A stretch of 62,389 nt of DNA from Candidatus Poribacteria bacterium (lineage in GTDB: Bacteria > Poribacteria > WGA-4E > WGA-3G), in contig VXOP01000361.1 in NCBI GenBank assembly GCA_009839975.1, positions 1 to 62,389 of the forward strand, in the 5' to 3' direction. The position numbers were made by a program, and so were the translations under genes. The notes below the pieces were generated by a model. It made no database searches, had not been told where the DNA came from, and saw only the letters and a program-made list of their open reading frames with translations. Positions 44,856-54,220 of the stretch are shown here, one piece after another (positions within the stretch are counted from its first letter, which is position 1; each line of letters opens with the position of its first letter).

Positions 44856-45542
44856 TCACTTCGATGAACGGTAAAGCTCATAAATACTGAGACGTCTTTC
44901 ATAGCAGAGTTGTATGTGTTTATAGAGCATCAGGACTTTATCGGGGGTTGTATCAAACCACTCTCTGCCTGCCCCTTTGTCCTTTAGGTCTTTTCGCCAA
45001 CATCCACACCGCTTTAGGAGATAATGCAGTGCTTCTTCCAAATCTTTGGGGGTATCTGTTTTTAGAATCAGTGCGATTGTGGGGTGTTGTGTCCATTGTT
45101 TCGTTTGTTCACAAACCCGTTGACTGACATCGTGTTCCGTATAACCGATGTTACACGCCCACCGTCCATCTGAGGTCTTGTGTAGGATAGCATCGCGATC
45201 GTCATAAAAGACGTATACAGCCCCTTCACCCTCACCGAATACGCGTAGCGGGTATTCATAGATTTGCCACGTTCCTTCGTCTGAGTTGTGTTCTACATAT
45301 CCTTTTTCATTCAGCTCGTATAGAACATATTCCGTCAGTCCCCTCATATAGGCATCAACGGAATCATAGGGCGAGTGTAAAATCTCATCGGAAGCAAGCG
45401 GTAATCCACCGTGTTGTGTGTGGTGTTCAAGCACACACTTTGTTATGCATGCTATGCTTCCGGTGCCTTTCAAGGTGATTTTGACTATTTCTTCAGCGAT
45501 CTGAAGATTGAGATGTTGACTTTTGTGTTTATAGGTGGTCAT
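44856..45542 (-). CDS. T5orf172/MUG113 (GIY-YIG-like) domain protein
   Basis: GAVYVFYDD...NIGYT..DV..R...........TIALILKTD.PKDLEEALHYLL..........GREWFD fits the T5orf172 pattern as I recall it. Confidence 0.5.
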   Translation of the reverse strand: MTTYKHKSQHLNLQIAEEIVKITLKGTGSIACITKCVLEHHTQHGGLPLASDEILHSPYDSVDAYMRGLTEYVLYELNEKGYVEHNSDEGTWQIYEYPLRVFGEGEGAVYVFYDDRDAILHKTSDGRWACNIGYTEHDVSQRVCEQTKQWTQHPTIALILKTDTPKDLEEALHYLLKRCGCWRKDLKDKGAGREWFDTTPDKVLMLYKHIQLCYERRLSIYELYRSSK

Positions 45543-45638
45543 AACGTTCTTTTTTTGTTTTTCAAACAGATGTGTGTCGTGTCTGTATTCCAGTTGATAT
45601 TATTGCGTATTTTACCATATCATACTATAATATATAAC

Positions 45639-46205
45639 ATGAGACGTCGAAAGAGAACAAAAAACAGTGTGAATACGAAGATTAGGCGGACGGCGGTTGC
45701 TTACAATCCGAGTTATTGTAGCCTGACACCTGCAGCGTTAGATCACTGTTTACCGACAACACCATCTGATCTCTTATTTTCTCGTTATTGTGCTTACCAG
45801 CAGATGCAAGACACGCGGGATGTCTTTTTGTTTTTCAGAGCGCACTGGGTGAAAAACCGAGATGGCATTCACATCATACGCAACTTAGATACCCCGATAC
45901 CCACCTTTTCACCGATGGTTTTTGACATCACGCATGAGGACGAGATGCAAGACTTTCATACGCGTATCGGTTACGACATCTACTGGGAGCGGATATTAGA
46001 ACTCCAGTGGCATGATTTTGTTGCTCTTGCAACCCATATTTTGACACGGACGCTTGAGGGGATGATACATCAACCAGACACAAAGAAAAAGGATGATATA
46101 ATACTTACAGGCGACACACTATGGCTGCCAAAAGCTTATAGAAACGCTATATTTGCCTTATCACGAGCAAATAAAAACCGAAATATCACATTTCCATTAT
46201 TTTGA
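45639..46205 (+). CDS. Hypothetical protein
   Basis: The ATG at 45639 avoids overlap with the convergent upstream gene. No recognisable motif. Confidence 0.4.
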   Translation: MRRRKRTKNSVNTKIRRTAVAYNPSYCSLTPAALDHCLPTTPSDLLFSRYCAYQQMQDTRDVFLFFRAHWVKNRDGIHIIRNLDTPIPTFSPMVFDITHEDEMQDFHTRIGYDIYWERILELQWHDFVALATHILTRTLEGMIHQPDTKKKDDIILTGDTLWLPKAYRNAIFALSRANKNRNITFPLF

Positions 46206-46526
46206 AAACTGGGGGCTTGTTCTCTTTAGTCTTGATATTCCCCTATCCCTGCCTATCGGTGTTTATTCAGTGTTTTTGCTGTTTATTGCCGTGATATAGA
46301 AGCAGTGCTTTTCAAGAAGGGCGTTATATCGCATCTTGAAGTGTTTTTATGTTCTTGCTTTGTGAACCAATAGTAGTTTGTCGTGATTTCGATGTTTTGT
46401 AATGTGCTTGTCTTTCTCTCTCATCTCTGATAGAATAGGTTTTGTTATTCGTTTTGAAAGACATATCAATCTACGTTTCATTGTTTAATCCTTATGAGTT
46501 GGCGGGTGTGTATCGCACCCGCTTTC

Positions 46527-46823
46527 TTACGTCTTTACCTCTGCATCCGTTGTAAAGATTTCACCGCAGTAACGGCATTTGATGGCTTCCGCCTTGATTA
46601 ACTCTGCACAACTGGGACATTTCTTACGTTTCCCAGTTCGCAATTTGCCTGCTTCCGTTTTGGGTTGGCATAAAACAATGAGTGTGCCAATCGGACCTAA
46701 GAACAATCCCAGAAAGAAACCTGCTAATCTATCCCTGCCTTTATATTCGGAAATCGGGGCTGTCATCAAGGCAAATATTAAACCGATTGCTAAGTGGAAC
46801 ATAAGATACGCCATATATTCCAT
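46527..46823 (-). CDS. Membrane protein with a C-terminal zinc ribbon
   Basis: Two TM helices, then KCPSCAELI....KCRYCGEIF. Confidence 0.55.
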   Translation of the reverse strand: MEYMAYLMFHLAIGLIFALMTAPISEYKGRDRLAGFFLGLFLGPIGTLIVLCQPKTEAGKLRTGKRKKCPSCAELIKAEAIKCRYCGEIFTTDAEVKT

Positions 46824-46843
46824 AGTCTATTGACTCCTGTCTA

Positions 46844-47863
46844 TTATGTCTCTGTTTTGATTTCACACCATCGTAGTGCGAGTTTATACGCCGGTGTTAT
46901 GTCCAATGTGCCTATTGCAGACAGGTTGATTTTCATATCTTTTATGAAGTAGTTGCCGTTGTTATCCATGACGGTGAGCTTCATGTTTTGTTCCCAGTAT
47001 CTCTTTGGAGCTTCGAGAGACACAGTATCGTTGTTTTTTCCATTGAGGTATTGATAAGCGATGGTCACTATATCGCTATCTCTAAAGATTTTTGCTTGAT
47101 GGAGGCCTATGTTGCTGGTGGCATCTATTTCAAATCTAACGAAGTTGTTTCCTATATCTGTCAGTATCGGTTTATTATTTACAAGTTGTGGGAATGTGAA
47201 GGGATTGACCCGGTTGTTAAAATGATAGTGTTTAGAGAGCCATCTTGCCTCATAATGTGCGATTTCAAACGGCTTGCCTTCAGGTTTATGGTATAACCCA
47301 AAGCAGTGTCCCAGTTCGTGAAATATGAGATTGGCATTAAAAGCGTGACTACCGCCGGCGATGTAGCAACTGCCACCATACCGATTAGAATGACGCGGGA
47401 AACCTACACCCCATTTGTTGCCATCTACAAACTTTACACCGCCTACGATCACGAGGCGGATCGTGTCTTGCTTATCCCACGGCGGCTTATTCGGGTTCAA
47501 CGTATCGGGTAAGTCTGCTAAAATCTTGTTCCAAGTATCTTGCACATAGTGTGAAGCGTTCTCTTTACCGGATACTGTGTGAATGATAACATTGCCTTGT
47601 TCATCGGTCTCGGTTCTAAACGTCTTATGACCAAACCCGTGTTCTGCCATCTGTTCCGTATACAGTTGTTGTGCTTCAAGGGTGAACTTCGAGATGTTAT
47701 CACGCACGGCTGCCAGAGGCGGAGCGTCTACAGGTTTGAAATAGAGCGTCTGCACAAAAAAAGGCGTCCCCCCATAACTACTAAAGACGCAAAGAAAAAT
47801 GAAAATCAAAAGAAAACAGAAAACAGAAAATGTGTGTCGCATAAAAATACCTAACCGGTGCAC
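46844..47863 (-). CDS. Secreted zinc metalloprotease (metzincin-type HExxHxxGxxH)
   Basis: Signal peptide. FHELGHCFGLYH. Confidence 0.7.
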   Translation of the reverse strand: MHRLGIFMRHTFSVFCFLLIFIFLCVFSSYGGTPFFVQTLYFKPVDAPPLAAVRDNISKFTLEAQQLYTEQMAEHGFGHKTFRTETDEQGNVIIHTVSGKENASHYVQDTWNKILADLPDTLNPNKPPWDKQDTIRLVIVGGVKFVDGNKWGVGFPRHSNRYGGSCYIAGGSHAFNANLIFHELGHCFGLYHKPEGKPFEIAHYEARWLSKHYHFNNRVNPFTFPQLVNNKPILTDIGNNFVRFEIDATSNIGLHQAKIFRDSDIVTIAYQYLNGKNNDTVSLEAPKRYWEQNMKLTVMDNNGNYFIKDMKINLSAIGTLDITPAYKLALRWCEIKTET

Positions 47864-47922
47864 GTAAACAATAACACGATCATAACGTTAAACGTTATAA
47901 ATGTCAACAACTATGGAGAGAA

Positions 47923-48300
47923 ATGATGCTAAAAAAGTTTATCCTTATCGGAATTGTCCTCATTGTTTTTTCCACGCAAGGATGTGACAATTCTAATCTG
48001 AATTTAGAGAATGTTATTATAGATAGCCAATCATCAGAAACAGCACCGACCTGCAAAGTCGGAGACATACTTATAGAAGGACAAAGCTGCACAGATCCCA
48101 ATACCGATGCTTTATTTTCTGTGACACCCCAGGGGAATGGAAAGTATACATCTGAGAGTGGGTTACTCTATGAATCTACAGATGTATTAGATACGATAGG
48201 GACTACTCTCAATGGACAGGCATACAACTTCAAAGCAACAAAACAAGATAATGGCAGCTGGAAAATAGAAGTTGTTACGGATGACGAGATACTACAATAA
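47923..48300 (+). CDS. Small lipoprotein
   Basis: Signal peptide with lipobox-like STQGC. Confidence 0.55.
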   Translation: MMLKKFILIGIVLIVFSTQGCDNSNLNLENVIIDSQSSETAPTCKVGDILIEGQSCTDPNTDALFSVTPQGNGKYTSESGLLYESTDVLDTIGTTLNGQAYNFKATKQDNGSWKIEVVTDDEILQ

Positions 48301-48543
48301 CCCAAGTTGCTACCTATCAAAATTTTGCCGATTTTGCCATAAGTGGATCCGCGATTTTCATAGACTTCGGCATCTTGTGTTCATGGTTTTTGTTGTCTGA
48401 ATCGCGGATTATCACAGATGGCGCAGATTTCGCGGATTTTTCTTTGGCACATCAAGCTCATTTGGACACACCAAAACGTCTGTTGCATGTTAACTTATCT
48501 AAAACACTGACTTCACGGAGAACGCCAATATAACAGACGCAAT

Positions 48544-48578
48544 AATCCGTGTAACCCGCGCAAATCCGCGATTCAGAC
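48544..48578 (+). repeat. REP-like repeat (direct copy 1 flanking the FRG-TPR gene)
   Basis: AATCCGTGTAACCCGCGCAAATCCGCGATTCAGAC. Partial or inverted copies at 48345-48358, 48395-48411 and 48425-48441. Confidence 0.8.
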
Positions 48579-48601
48579 GGTTTTCTGTTCTACTGCTATG
48601 C

Positions 48602-50368
48602 CTATGGGGGTGTTAGCAGTGCGACGATGTCTTCTGGTAGTTTGACTTTGTGCTTCTTCTCAAAGTCCTCAATGCTTTCATAGTCTTTACGAAACTCATT
48701 TGAGACAATATTTTCCTGTTTTTCTCTGGCTATCGTAAAGTCTTCTTTGGCTTTTTCCTCTTTTTGTAAGATTAACCACACTACACCACGATTGTAATGA
48801 TAGGATCCAGGATTATGAGAATTCTCGCGTTCGAGTCTTATTGCTTCACTGTGATCTTCTATAGCAAGTTTATAATCGCCTTTTTTGCGGTGGGCAATAC
48901 CACGATTATTATAAACTTCGTCAATAAAATCGGGTTTCAATTCTGTTGCTTTGGTAAAGTCTTGAATTGCAGTATCATAATCTTTCATTTTATCACGGTA
49001 AACAACCCCGCGATAGTTATAGGCTCCAGAAAAATTGGGATTTAGCTCTATAGCTTTAGTATAGTTTTCTATTGCAGGATATACCTCATCTTTACGGTCA
49101 TAAATCATCCCAAGATTGAAATAGACATTAGCATTATCAGGCTCAAGAGATAAGGCTCTATTTTGGTCTTCTATTCCACGATCATAATCGCCATTCTCCA
49201 TATATACGAGTCCACGATTAAGATAGGCTCCAACAAAACCGGGGTTGAGTTCTATTGCTTTGCTGAAGTCTTGAATTGCTTTATCATACTCACACATATT
49301 TTGGTATAAATTCCCACGATCGAAATATGCTTCAGCGTAATTTGGTCTAAGTTGTATTGCTCTGTTATAATCTTCAACGGCTTCGTCAAAATTACGCTTG
49401 TGTTTGTAAACCCATCCGCGCCAAAGGTAAATATTGACATCGTTAGGATCAAGTTCTATCATTTTAGTAAAGTCGTCTATAGCACTGTCAAATTTCTTTA
49501 AATTGACATAAACAATCCCACGACGGTAATATGCCTCTACTGAATCGGGTTTCAATTCTATTGCCTTAGTATAATGTATTATAGCTTCTTCGTATTCCTT
49601 TTGTTTTTCTTCTGTACTTTCCGCTTTATCTCCCCTATTGCTACATGAGAGTCCTCTATAAATCTGTGTGTTAGCACTTGCATGGATATCTTGGCTTCTT
49701 ATAAATCCGTATAGATCGTTGTAAATAGTTTCCGTAAATATACCATGATACTTTCGCAGATATTGAAGTATTAATTTTTTTAGAACTGCGGGAATAATAA
49801 CTATGTTTTCCTTATTCGGTTCAATATAACCTTTTGGAGAACGAACAAATACGCTTTTTTGTCCGACAACGCGATGTCGTGGATTCCGAGGATACCTTAA
49901 CATGCCCTTTATTTCGTCAGTTTTTTGAAGAATTATCCTGCCATCTTTATCATGGTGACCATCACAAGCAAAGAATAGGGCAACTAAATAGTCGGTTGTG
50001 AAGTCAATAAGGTTAGTTTTACCACCATAATGCTGGATTTCAGTAAGGATCTCAAAATCTACTTCTGCAGTATCTTCTTCTTTCACGCTGAACATTCTAG
50101 CGAGAATCGGGCGAAAATCTGGTGGTATATCCCCCGTATGGGGTATATGTCCTGTGTGTTTTTTAGCACCATTAAGCATCTCTTTTTGGACAACCTCTAT
50201 ATCAAATCCTTGCGTATCTATATCATCAAAATCTCGGTAAAGTTTAGAGGACACTTTCCTATTTTTATTCTGGCGTTCACCTCGGAAGATATAATCTCCA
50301 TCTGCTGATTTTTCTTCTATTTCGTTGATTATTTTCTTAATCTGACTCAGATCGTTTTCCTTACTCAT
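48602..50368 (-). CDS. FRG-domain protein fused to about nine TPR repeats
   Basis: N-terminal YIFRGERQ....HYGGKTNLIDFTTDYLVALFFA (FRG-domain signature). The C-terminal two thirds are canonical TPRs (A..Y.RG.VY......D.AI.DF.KAIEL.P). Confidence 0.7.
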   Translation of the reverse strand: MSKENDLSQIKKIINEIEEKSADGDYIFRGERQNKNRKVSSKLYRDFDDIDTQGFDIEVVQKEMLNGAKKHTGHIPHTGDIPPDFRPILARMFSVKEEDTAEVDFEILTEIQHYGGKTNLIDFTTDYLVALFFACDGHHDKDGRIILQKTDEIKGMLRYPRNPRHRVVGQKSVFVRSPKGYIEPNKENIVIIPAVLKKLILQYLRKYHGIFTETIYNDLYGFIRSQDIHASANTQIYRGLSCSNRGDKAESTEEKQKEYEEAIIHYTKAIELKPDSVEAYYRRGIVYVNLKKFDSAIDDFTKMIELDPNDVNIYLWRGWVYKHKRNFDEAVEDYNRAIQLRPNYAEAYFDRGNLYQNMCEYDKAIQDFSKAIELNPGFVGAYLNRGLVYMENGDYDRGIEDQNRALSLEPDNANVYFNLGMIYDRKDEVYPAIENYTKAIELNPNFSGAYNYRGVVYRDKMKDYDTAIQDFTKATELKPDFIDEVYNNRGIAHRKKGDYKLAIEDHSEAIRLERENSHNPGSYHYNRGVVWLILQKEEKAKEDFTIAREKQENIVSNEFRKDYESIEDFEKKHKVKLPEDIVALLTPP

Positions 50369-50428
50369 AATTCATTCTCCAGAGACTGTTTAGCCGATTC
50401 TCACCGAAAACAAGGATGACACAGACAC

Positions 50429-50464
50429 AAAATCCGCGTAATCCGATAAATCCGCGATTCAGAC
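50429..50464 (+). repeat. REP-like repeat (direct copy 2 flanking the FRG-TPR gene)
   Basis: AATCCGCGTAATCCGATAAATCCGCGATTCAGAC. Confidence 0.8.
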
Positions 50465-50530
50465 ACTCCCTCCACAATCGCAATTTCATCTTTCGTTAAA
50501 TTATACAATTCATATACCAGTTTATCAATC

Positions 50531-53500
50531 TCATTTTGGTGGGGTTTGTCCTTGGGGTTTCGCCCTTGAATGACGAAAACTTACTTGCTCTATTAAGGTG
50601 TTTCTTATTTCTTCCAGTCTATCTTGAAAACCAAAATAGCTTGCAACCATGTCGTCTATAAACAAATGTTCATCTGTGTATATCTCCTCTGAAACAGGCA
50701 TCGGTTCTCTATCTTTAAGCATTTCGAACACTTGTTTTGCTTCATGTGCAAAGTCAAATTTAAAACCTATGGGTAACATTTTCATATCTGTTGCTTCTGC
50801 CTTCAATAAGCCCCCTCCAAGATTTTTTCTGCCAGTAATTTCTCTGAACAACCAGACGAAAGAAGAATTTAGATAAATCCACAGACAATAGTGCATATCC
50901 GAATTCCAAAGATTTTCCGGTAAGTACAACTCTACGTGGCTATAAGAGAATACCATGCCGTCGTTAAAAGTACAGTAATGGCGTGCTCCAACTCCCCGTG
51001 GCATAATTAAGGCGGGTATTTTATTTTTATCTTCTCGCTTGCTTGTTAACGCAGGTTTTATTCTTTTGTCAGCAGAATTAGCGATAAATTGTGCACTTTT
51101 GACAATTATTGGCAAGTGGGAATTATCATCGCTTAATTGACTTAACGGAACATTTAATCCTTGTCCAAAAGAAACATTACTGATTACTTTAGATTTTTTT
51201 CGAATACTTGACAGAATTTCGCTATAAAATTCAGGCATTGAAAAGATATGTCCCCACTTCATCAATTGATCTGATTTCATGGTCTTATTGTCAGAAATAA
51301 CCATGTTGACATCAGCGATTCCGTACTCTATATTCTCCACTATTTTTCTGGAAAAAAGTGTAATAATAGCATTTATATTTTGACTTTTGGTATCAGAGAA
51401 AAATTTTGCACTGGTATCAATAATTTGTAGAAATGAAAATTTGTTGATCGAGAATCTTTGGAACTTGTAACCATAATCTGTATCAAGCCAAGCGTTTTGT
51501 GTAATAAAACATCCATTGCCGAATTCATTCAGAAATTTTGGCGCACGAGCGTAAAAGTAAATCAACAAATCACTACCACGCGGCAAAGATTCTTCCCAAT
51601 CAAAAACAACTTGTTTCCCATAGGCTGTTTTTTGTTCGTCTGAAAGCAAACTATTCCTAGACTCAACATAAGGAGGATTCCCAATCACTACATCAAATCT
51701 GTCTGTAAGTCTAAACATCCATTCTGGATCAAACCAATCCGATTTTGCGTTTTGGTCATAGGGTTTCCATTGTGCAATTTTGCGAGCATTTTCAAAGTCA
51801 ATGTCAAAGATTCTTTTATGTGTTTCAAACTTTTTTTGTTCCTTTTCTCTCAACTGTTCACGTTGTTCAGGATTGCGGAGTGACGCAATTTTGGATTCTA
51901 TTTCTGCTTGCCGATTTTCTATCCATTCTGCCCGCTGACGCTCCAATTCATTTTCCAATTGTTCACGACACTTTTCCTCCCGCTCTTCAAGTTTTCGCTT
52001 TTGACTGCGGTTGTTTGCAAGAAAAAACCTTTCACGAATCGCGTCAATTTCTTGTAGCAATTGCTGTACGGTATCATCTTGGAATAATCTTTTTGTTTCG
52101 GATAATTTTATACCTATCAGTGTGTTTGCTGCAACAAACCGCGTCTCTAAGTTTGGCAAAGGTTTGATACCAAAGTTATCTGCACCGCTGTCCGGGTCCT
52201 GCTCAATTGCAAGTGAGATGAAAAAGCGGAGTTTGGCAATTTGACACGCAATCGGTTGGATATCCACACCGAAGATGCTGTTCTGAATCAGGTATAACTT
52301 CCGTCCGAAGTCTGAATCGCGGTATCGTTCGAACGTGTCACTGATTTCGGTGAGTTCATCGTCGCGTTCCTGCTGGTCTTGGGTGTTGAACGCATCTGCT
52401 GCCCGTTTTACAGCGAGCTGCTTCTGCAATGCTTCCCATCGGGTGTTATCTGGGTCAAGTCGCCGCAGTGCCAGTGTCAACTTGTGGAGCACTCCCATCG
52501 GAAACGCACCGGAACCGACTGCTGGGTCCAGTATCTTGAGTTCAGAGATAGTTTTCACAATCGCGTCCGTTTCGGTGTCATCAAACCATTCGCTTGCATC
52601 GTCAAATATCTTGGCATAGTCAAAAAGGTATCGCAATCGTTCGTCCCAAGCGACATCATTGGTATCAGTGGGTTGACACTTTTGAGATAACGTAGCGACT
52701 AACGCCTCCTCCACCATATAGTCTACAATCGCGCGTGGGGTATAGTAGGAACCTGTCATCTTGCGCGCTGTTTCTCCCGTTTCCGGGTTGATAGCAGCGA
52801 GTAGGTTTTCAAACACTCTACCGAGCAATTCGGGGTCAAGTGCAACTTCTTGATCTATCGGTGTGTTTTCCTCTACGGTGAATTTGTAGTGTTCAAGGAG
52901 AGGGATGAGTCCTCGATTTTCGTGAAAAAAGATACGATTGGGGACAGATAACAGATCGTAATGCCTATCAGAGAAGCAGTCTATTCTGTAACCACCTTCA
53001 CCTGTTGCCTTAAAACTGTCCAGACAATCGAACAAGCCACCGTTGATAAATGGTGTTTTGGCAAACAATTCCAAAAGTCTATCAGGGTCGCGCATTTGCT
53101 TTTTGTAGCGATACCGTGAGAAATTACGGTGATTAGGATTGCCTCCCTTGCTAAACTCACGTTTGTCAATCTCTGTGTTGAGTGTAGCGAAAAAGAGGTT
53201 TTGTAGCACGGCACGATAGTAGGAATCACCATTATCAAAGTCATCTTCTGTCAATAGGTCTTGGATGTGTGCTTTGCTAAACAGTTCATCTGCTATCAAT
53301 CCTTTTTCCTTGATAAACCAGATAAAGAGCAGACGTGTGATAAGACGTATGACATGCTCCTCCGGTTTTATGGTAAGGTGTTTGTCTGCGGGGAACTTTC
53401 CTTCCGCTACTGCCCATTCATACCACGTGAACAGTTTCCGATAAAACTGTTTGTTGAGTTCTTCGGTGTCCAGTTTGGCGAGCCATGCCGCCAGCAGTCC

Positions 53501-54127
53501 GTCAAAGTTCTTTGATTTTTTCTTTTGGTCTATCCACTTGACGCATTCTTCAAGTGAGAGTTCGGAGAGGATGTCCAAGTGCGCGCGGTGTGGGGTGTTC
53601 AGGCGGATGTCTTTGATGAGGGTGACCTGTCCAAGCACATCATACTGTTCATTGATAAGATTGGGTCTGCGATCAGCGAAGGCGATTGTGAGGCGGTTTC
53701 CAGCACGGAATAGGAGGACAGTGGGTGCGAAAAATCTTTTATTGATTTCACGTGTGAATTCTGCGTATTTGGTACGTGAGTAGTCGCGTTCTTTCAACTC
53801 AACGGCACAGAATAGGAAACTTTGATAATTACCTTTCTCAAATGCACTGGACTCAAGTAGGTTCAGCTGTTGTGGACTATCATCAATTTCGTCTTTTGTG
53901 AATTGGAAGATGAGTTTGATTGAGTCTGCAGATTCTCGGAATGCTTGTTCGGATGTAGTGTTTTGGTTTTGTGCGGGGAATTCGGCAAAGAAGTCTTGGA
54001 TGGTGCCGGTAAGTTCAAGTGTGCGTTCGCTACGGTAGCCTATCGTTGCGAGTAGGTTCTTTGATTTTTCCAGAAAATCGCCGGTTGATAATGTTTGTAA
54101 TGCGGATTTGATCTTTTCTAAGTTCAT
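50531..54127 (-). CDS. Type IIG / Eco57I-like gamma-class N6-adenine DNA methyltransferase (possible fused restriction enzyme), probable 3' frameshift
   Basis: Motif I ILDPAVGSGAFP. Motif IV VVIGNPPYV. Possible N-terminal ExK (AVELK). The family-typical C-terminal peptide EIDKLVYELYNLTKDEIAIVEG is encoded just downstream (about 50466-50534) in another frame. Confidence 0.75.
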   Translation of the reverse strand: MNLEKIKSALQTLSTGDFLEKSKNLLATIGYRSERTLELTGTIQDFFAEFPAQNQNTTSEQAFRESADSIKLIFQFTKDEIDDSPQQLNLLESSAFEKGNYQSFLFCAVELKERDYSRTKYAEFTREINKRFFAPTVLLFRAGNRLTIAFADRRPNLINEQYDVLGQVTLIKDIRLNTPHRAHLDILSELSLEECVKWIDQKKKSKNFDGLLAAWLAKLDTEELNKQFYRKLFTWYEWAVAEGKFPADKHLTIKPEEHVIRLITRLLFIWFIKEKGLIADELFSKAHIQDLLTEDDFDNGDSYYRAVLQNLFFATLNTEIDKREFSKGGNPNHRNFSRYRYKKQMRDPDRLLELFAKTPFINGGLFDCLDSFKATGEGGYRIDCFSDRHYDLLSVPNRIFFHENRGLIPLLEHYKFTVEENTPIDQEVALDPELLGRVFENLLAAINPETGETARKMTGSYYTPRAIVDYMVEEALVATLSQKCQPTDTNDVAWDERLRYLFDYAKIFDDASEWFDDTETDAIVKTISELKILDPAVGSGAFPMGVLHKLTLALRRLDPDNTRWEALQKQLAVKRAADAFNTQDQQERDDELTEISDTFERYRDSDFGRKLYLIQNSIFGVDIQPIACQIAKLRFFISLAIEQDPDSGADNFGIKPLPNLETRFVAANTLIGIKLSETKRLFQDDTVQQLLQEIDAIRERFFLANNRSQKRKLEEREEKCREQLENELERQRAEWIENRQAEIESKIASLRNPEQREQLREKEQKKFETHKRIFDIDFENARKIAQWKPYDQNAKSDWFDPEWMFRLTDRFDVVIGNPPYVESRNSLLSDEQKTAYGKQVVFDWEESLPRGSDLLIYFYARAPKFLNEFGNGCFITQNAWLDTDYGYKFQRFSINKFSFLQIIDTSAKFFSDTKSQNINAIITLFSRKIVENIEYGIADVNMVISDNKTMKSDQLMKWGHIFSMPEFYSEILSSIRKKSKVISNVSFGQGLNVPLSQLSDDNSHLPIIVKSAQFIANSADKRIKPALTSKREDKNKIPALIMPRGVGARHYCTFNDGMVFSYSHVELYLPENLWNSDMHYCLWIYLNSSFVWLFREITGRKNLGGGLLKAEATDMKMLPIGFKFDFAHEAKQVFEMLKDREPMPVSEEIYTDEHLFIDDMVASYFGFQDRLEEIRNTLIEQVSFRHSRAKPQGQTPPK

Positions 54128-54220
54128 AAATAGTTACTTCTGAATTTATCAGGACAGACGCATTTCAACAACGACTTTTTAACCTTAGAGAATTTTGCGT
54201 TTATTCGGTTATGCTATAAA

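Noticed and set aside
45411-45638. The upstream 76 codons of ORF 45411..46205.
   Set aside because: This part overlaps the 5' end of the convergent T5orf172-like gene in antisense. The start was moved to the ATG at 45639.
50531-54127. Possibility that the large methyltransferase is BREX PglX.
   Set aside because: No brxA/B/C, pglZ or brxL-like genes are adjacent. The neighbours are a WD40-dockerin protein and an FRG-TPR protein, so a stand-alone type IIG/IIL-like enzyme is the more conservative call.
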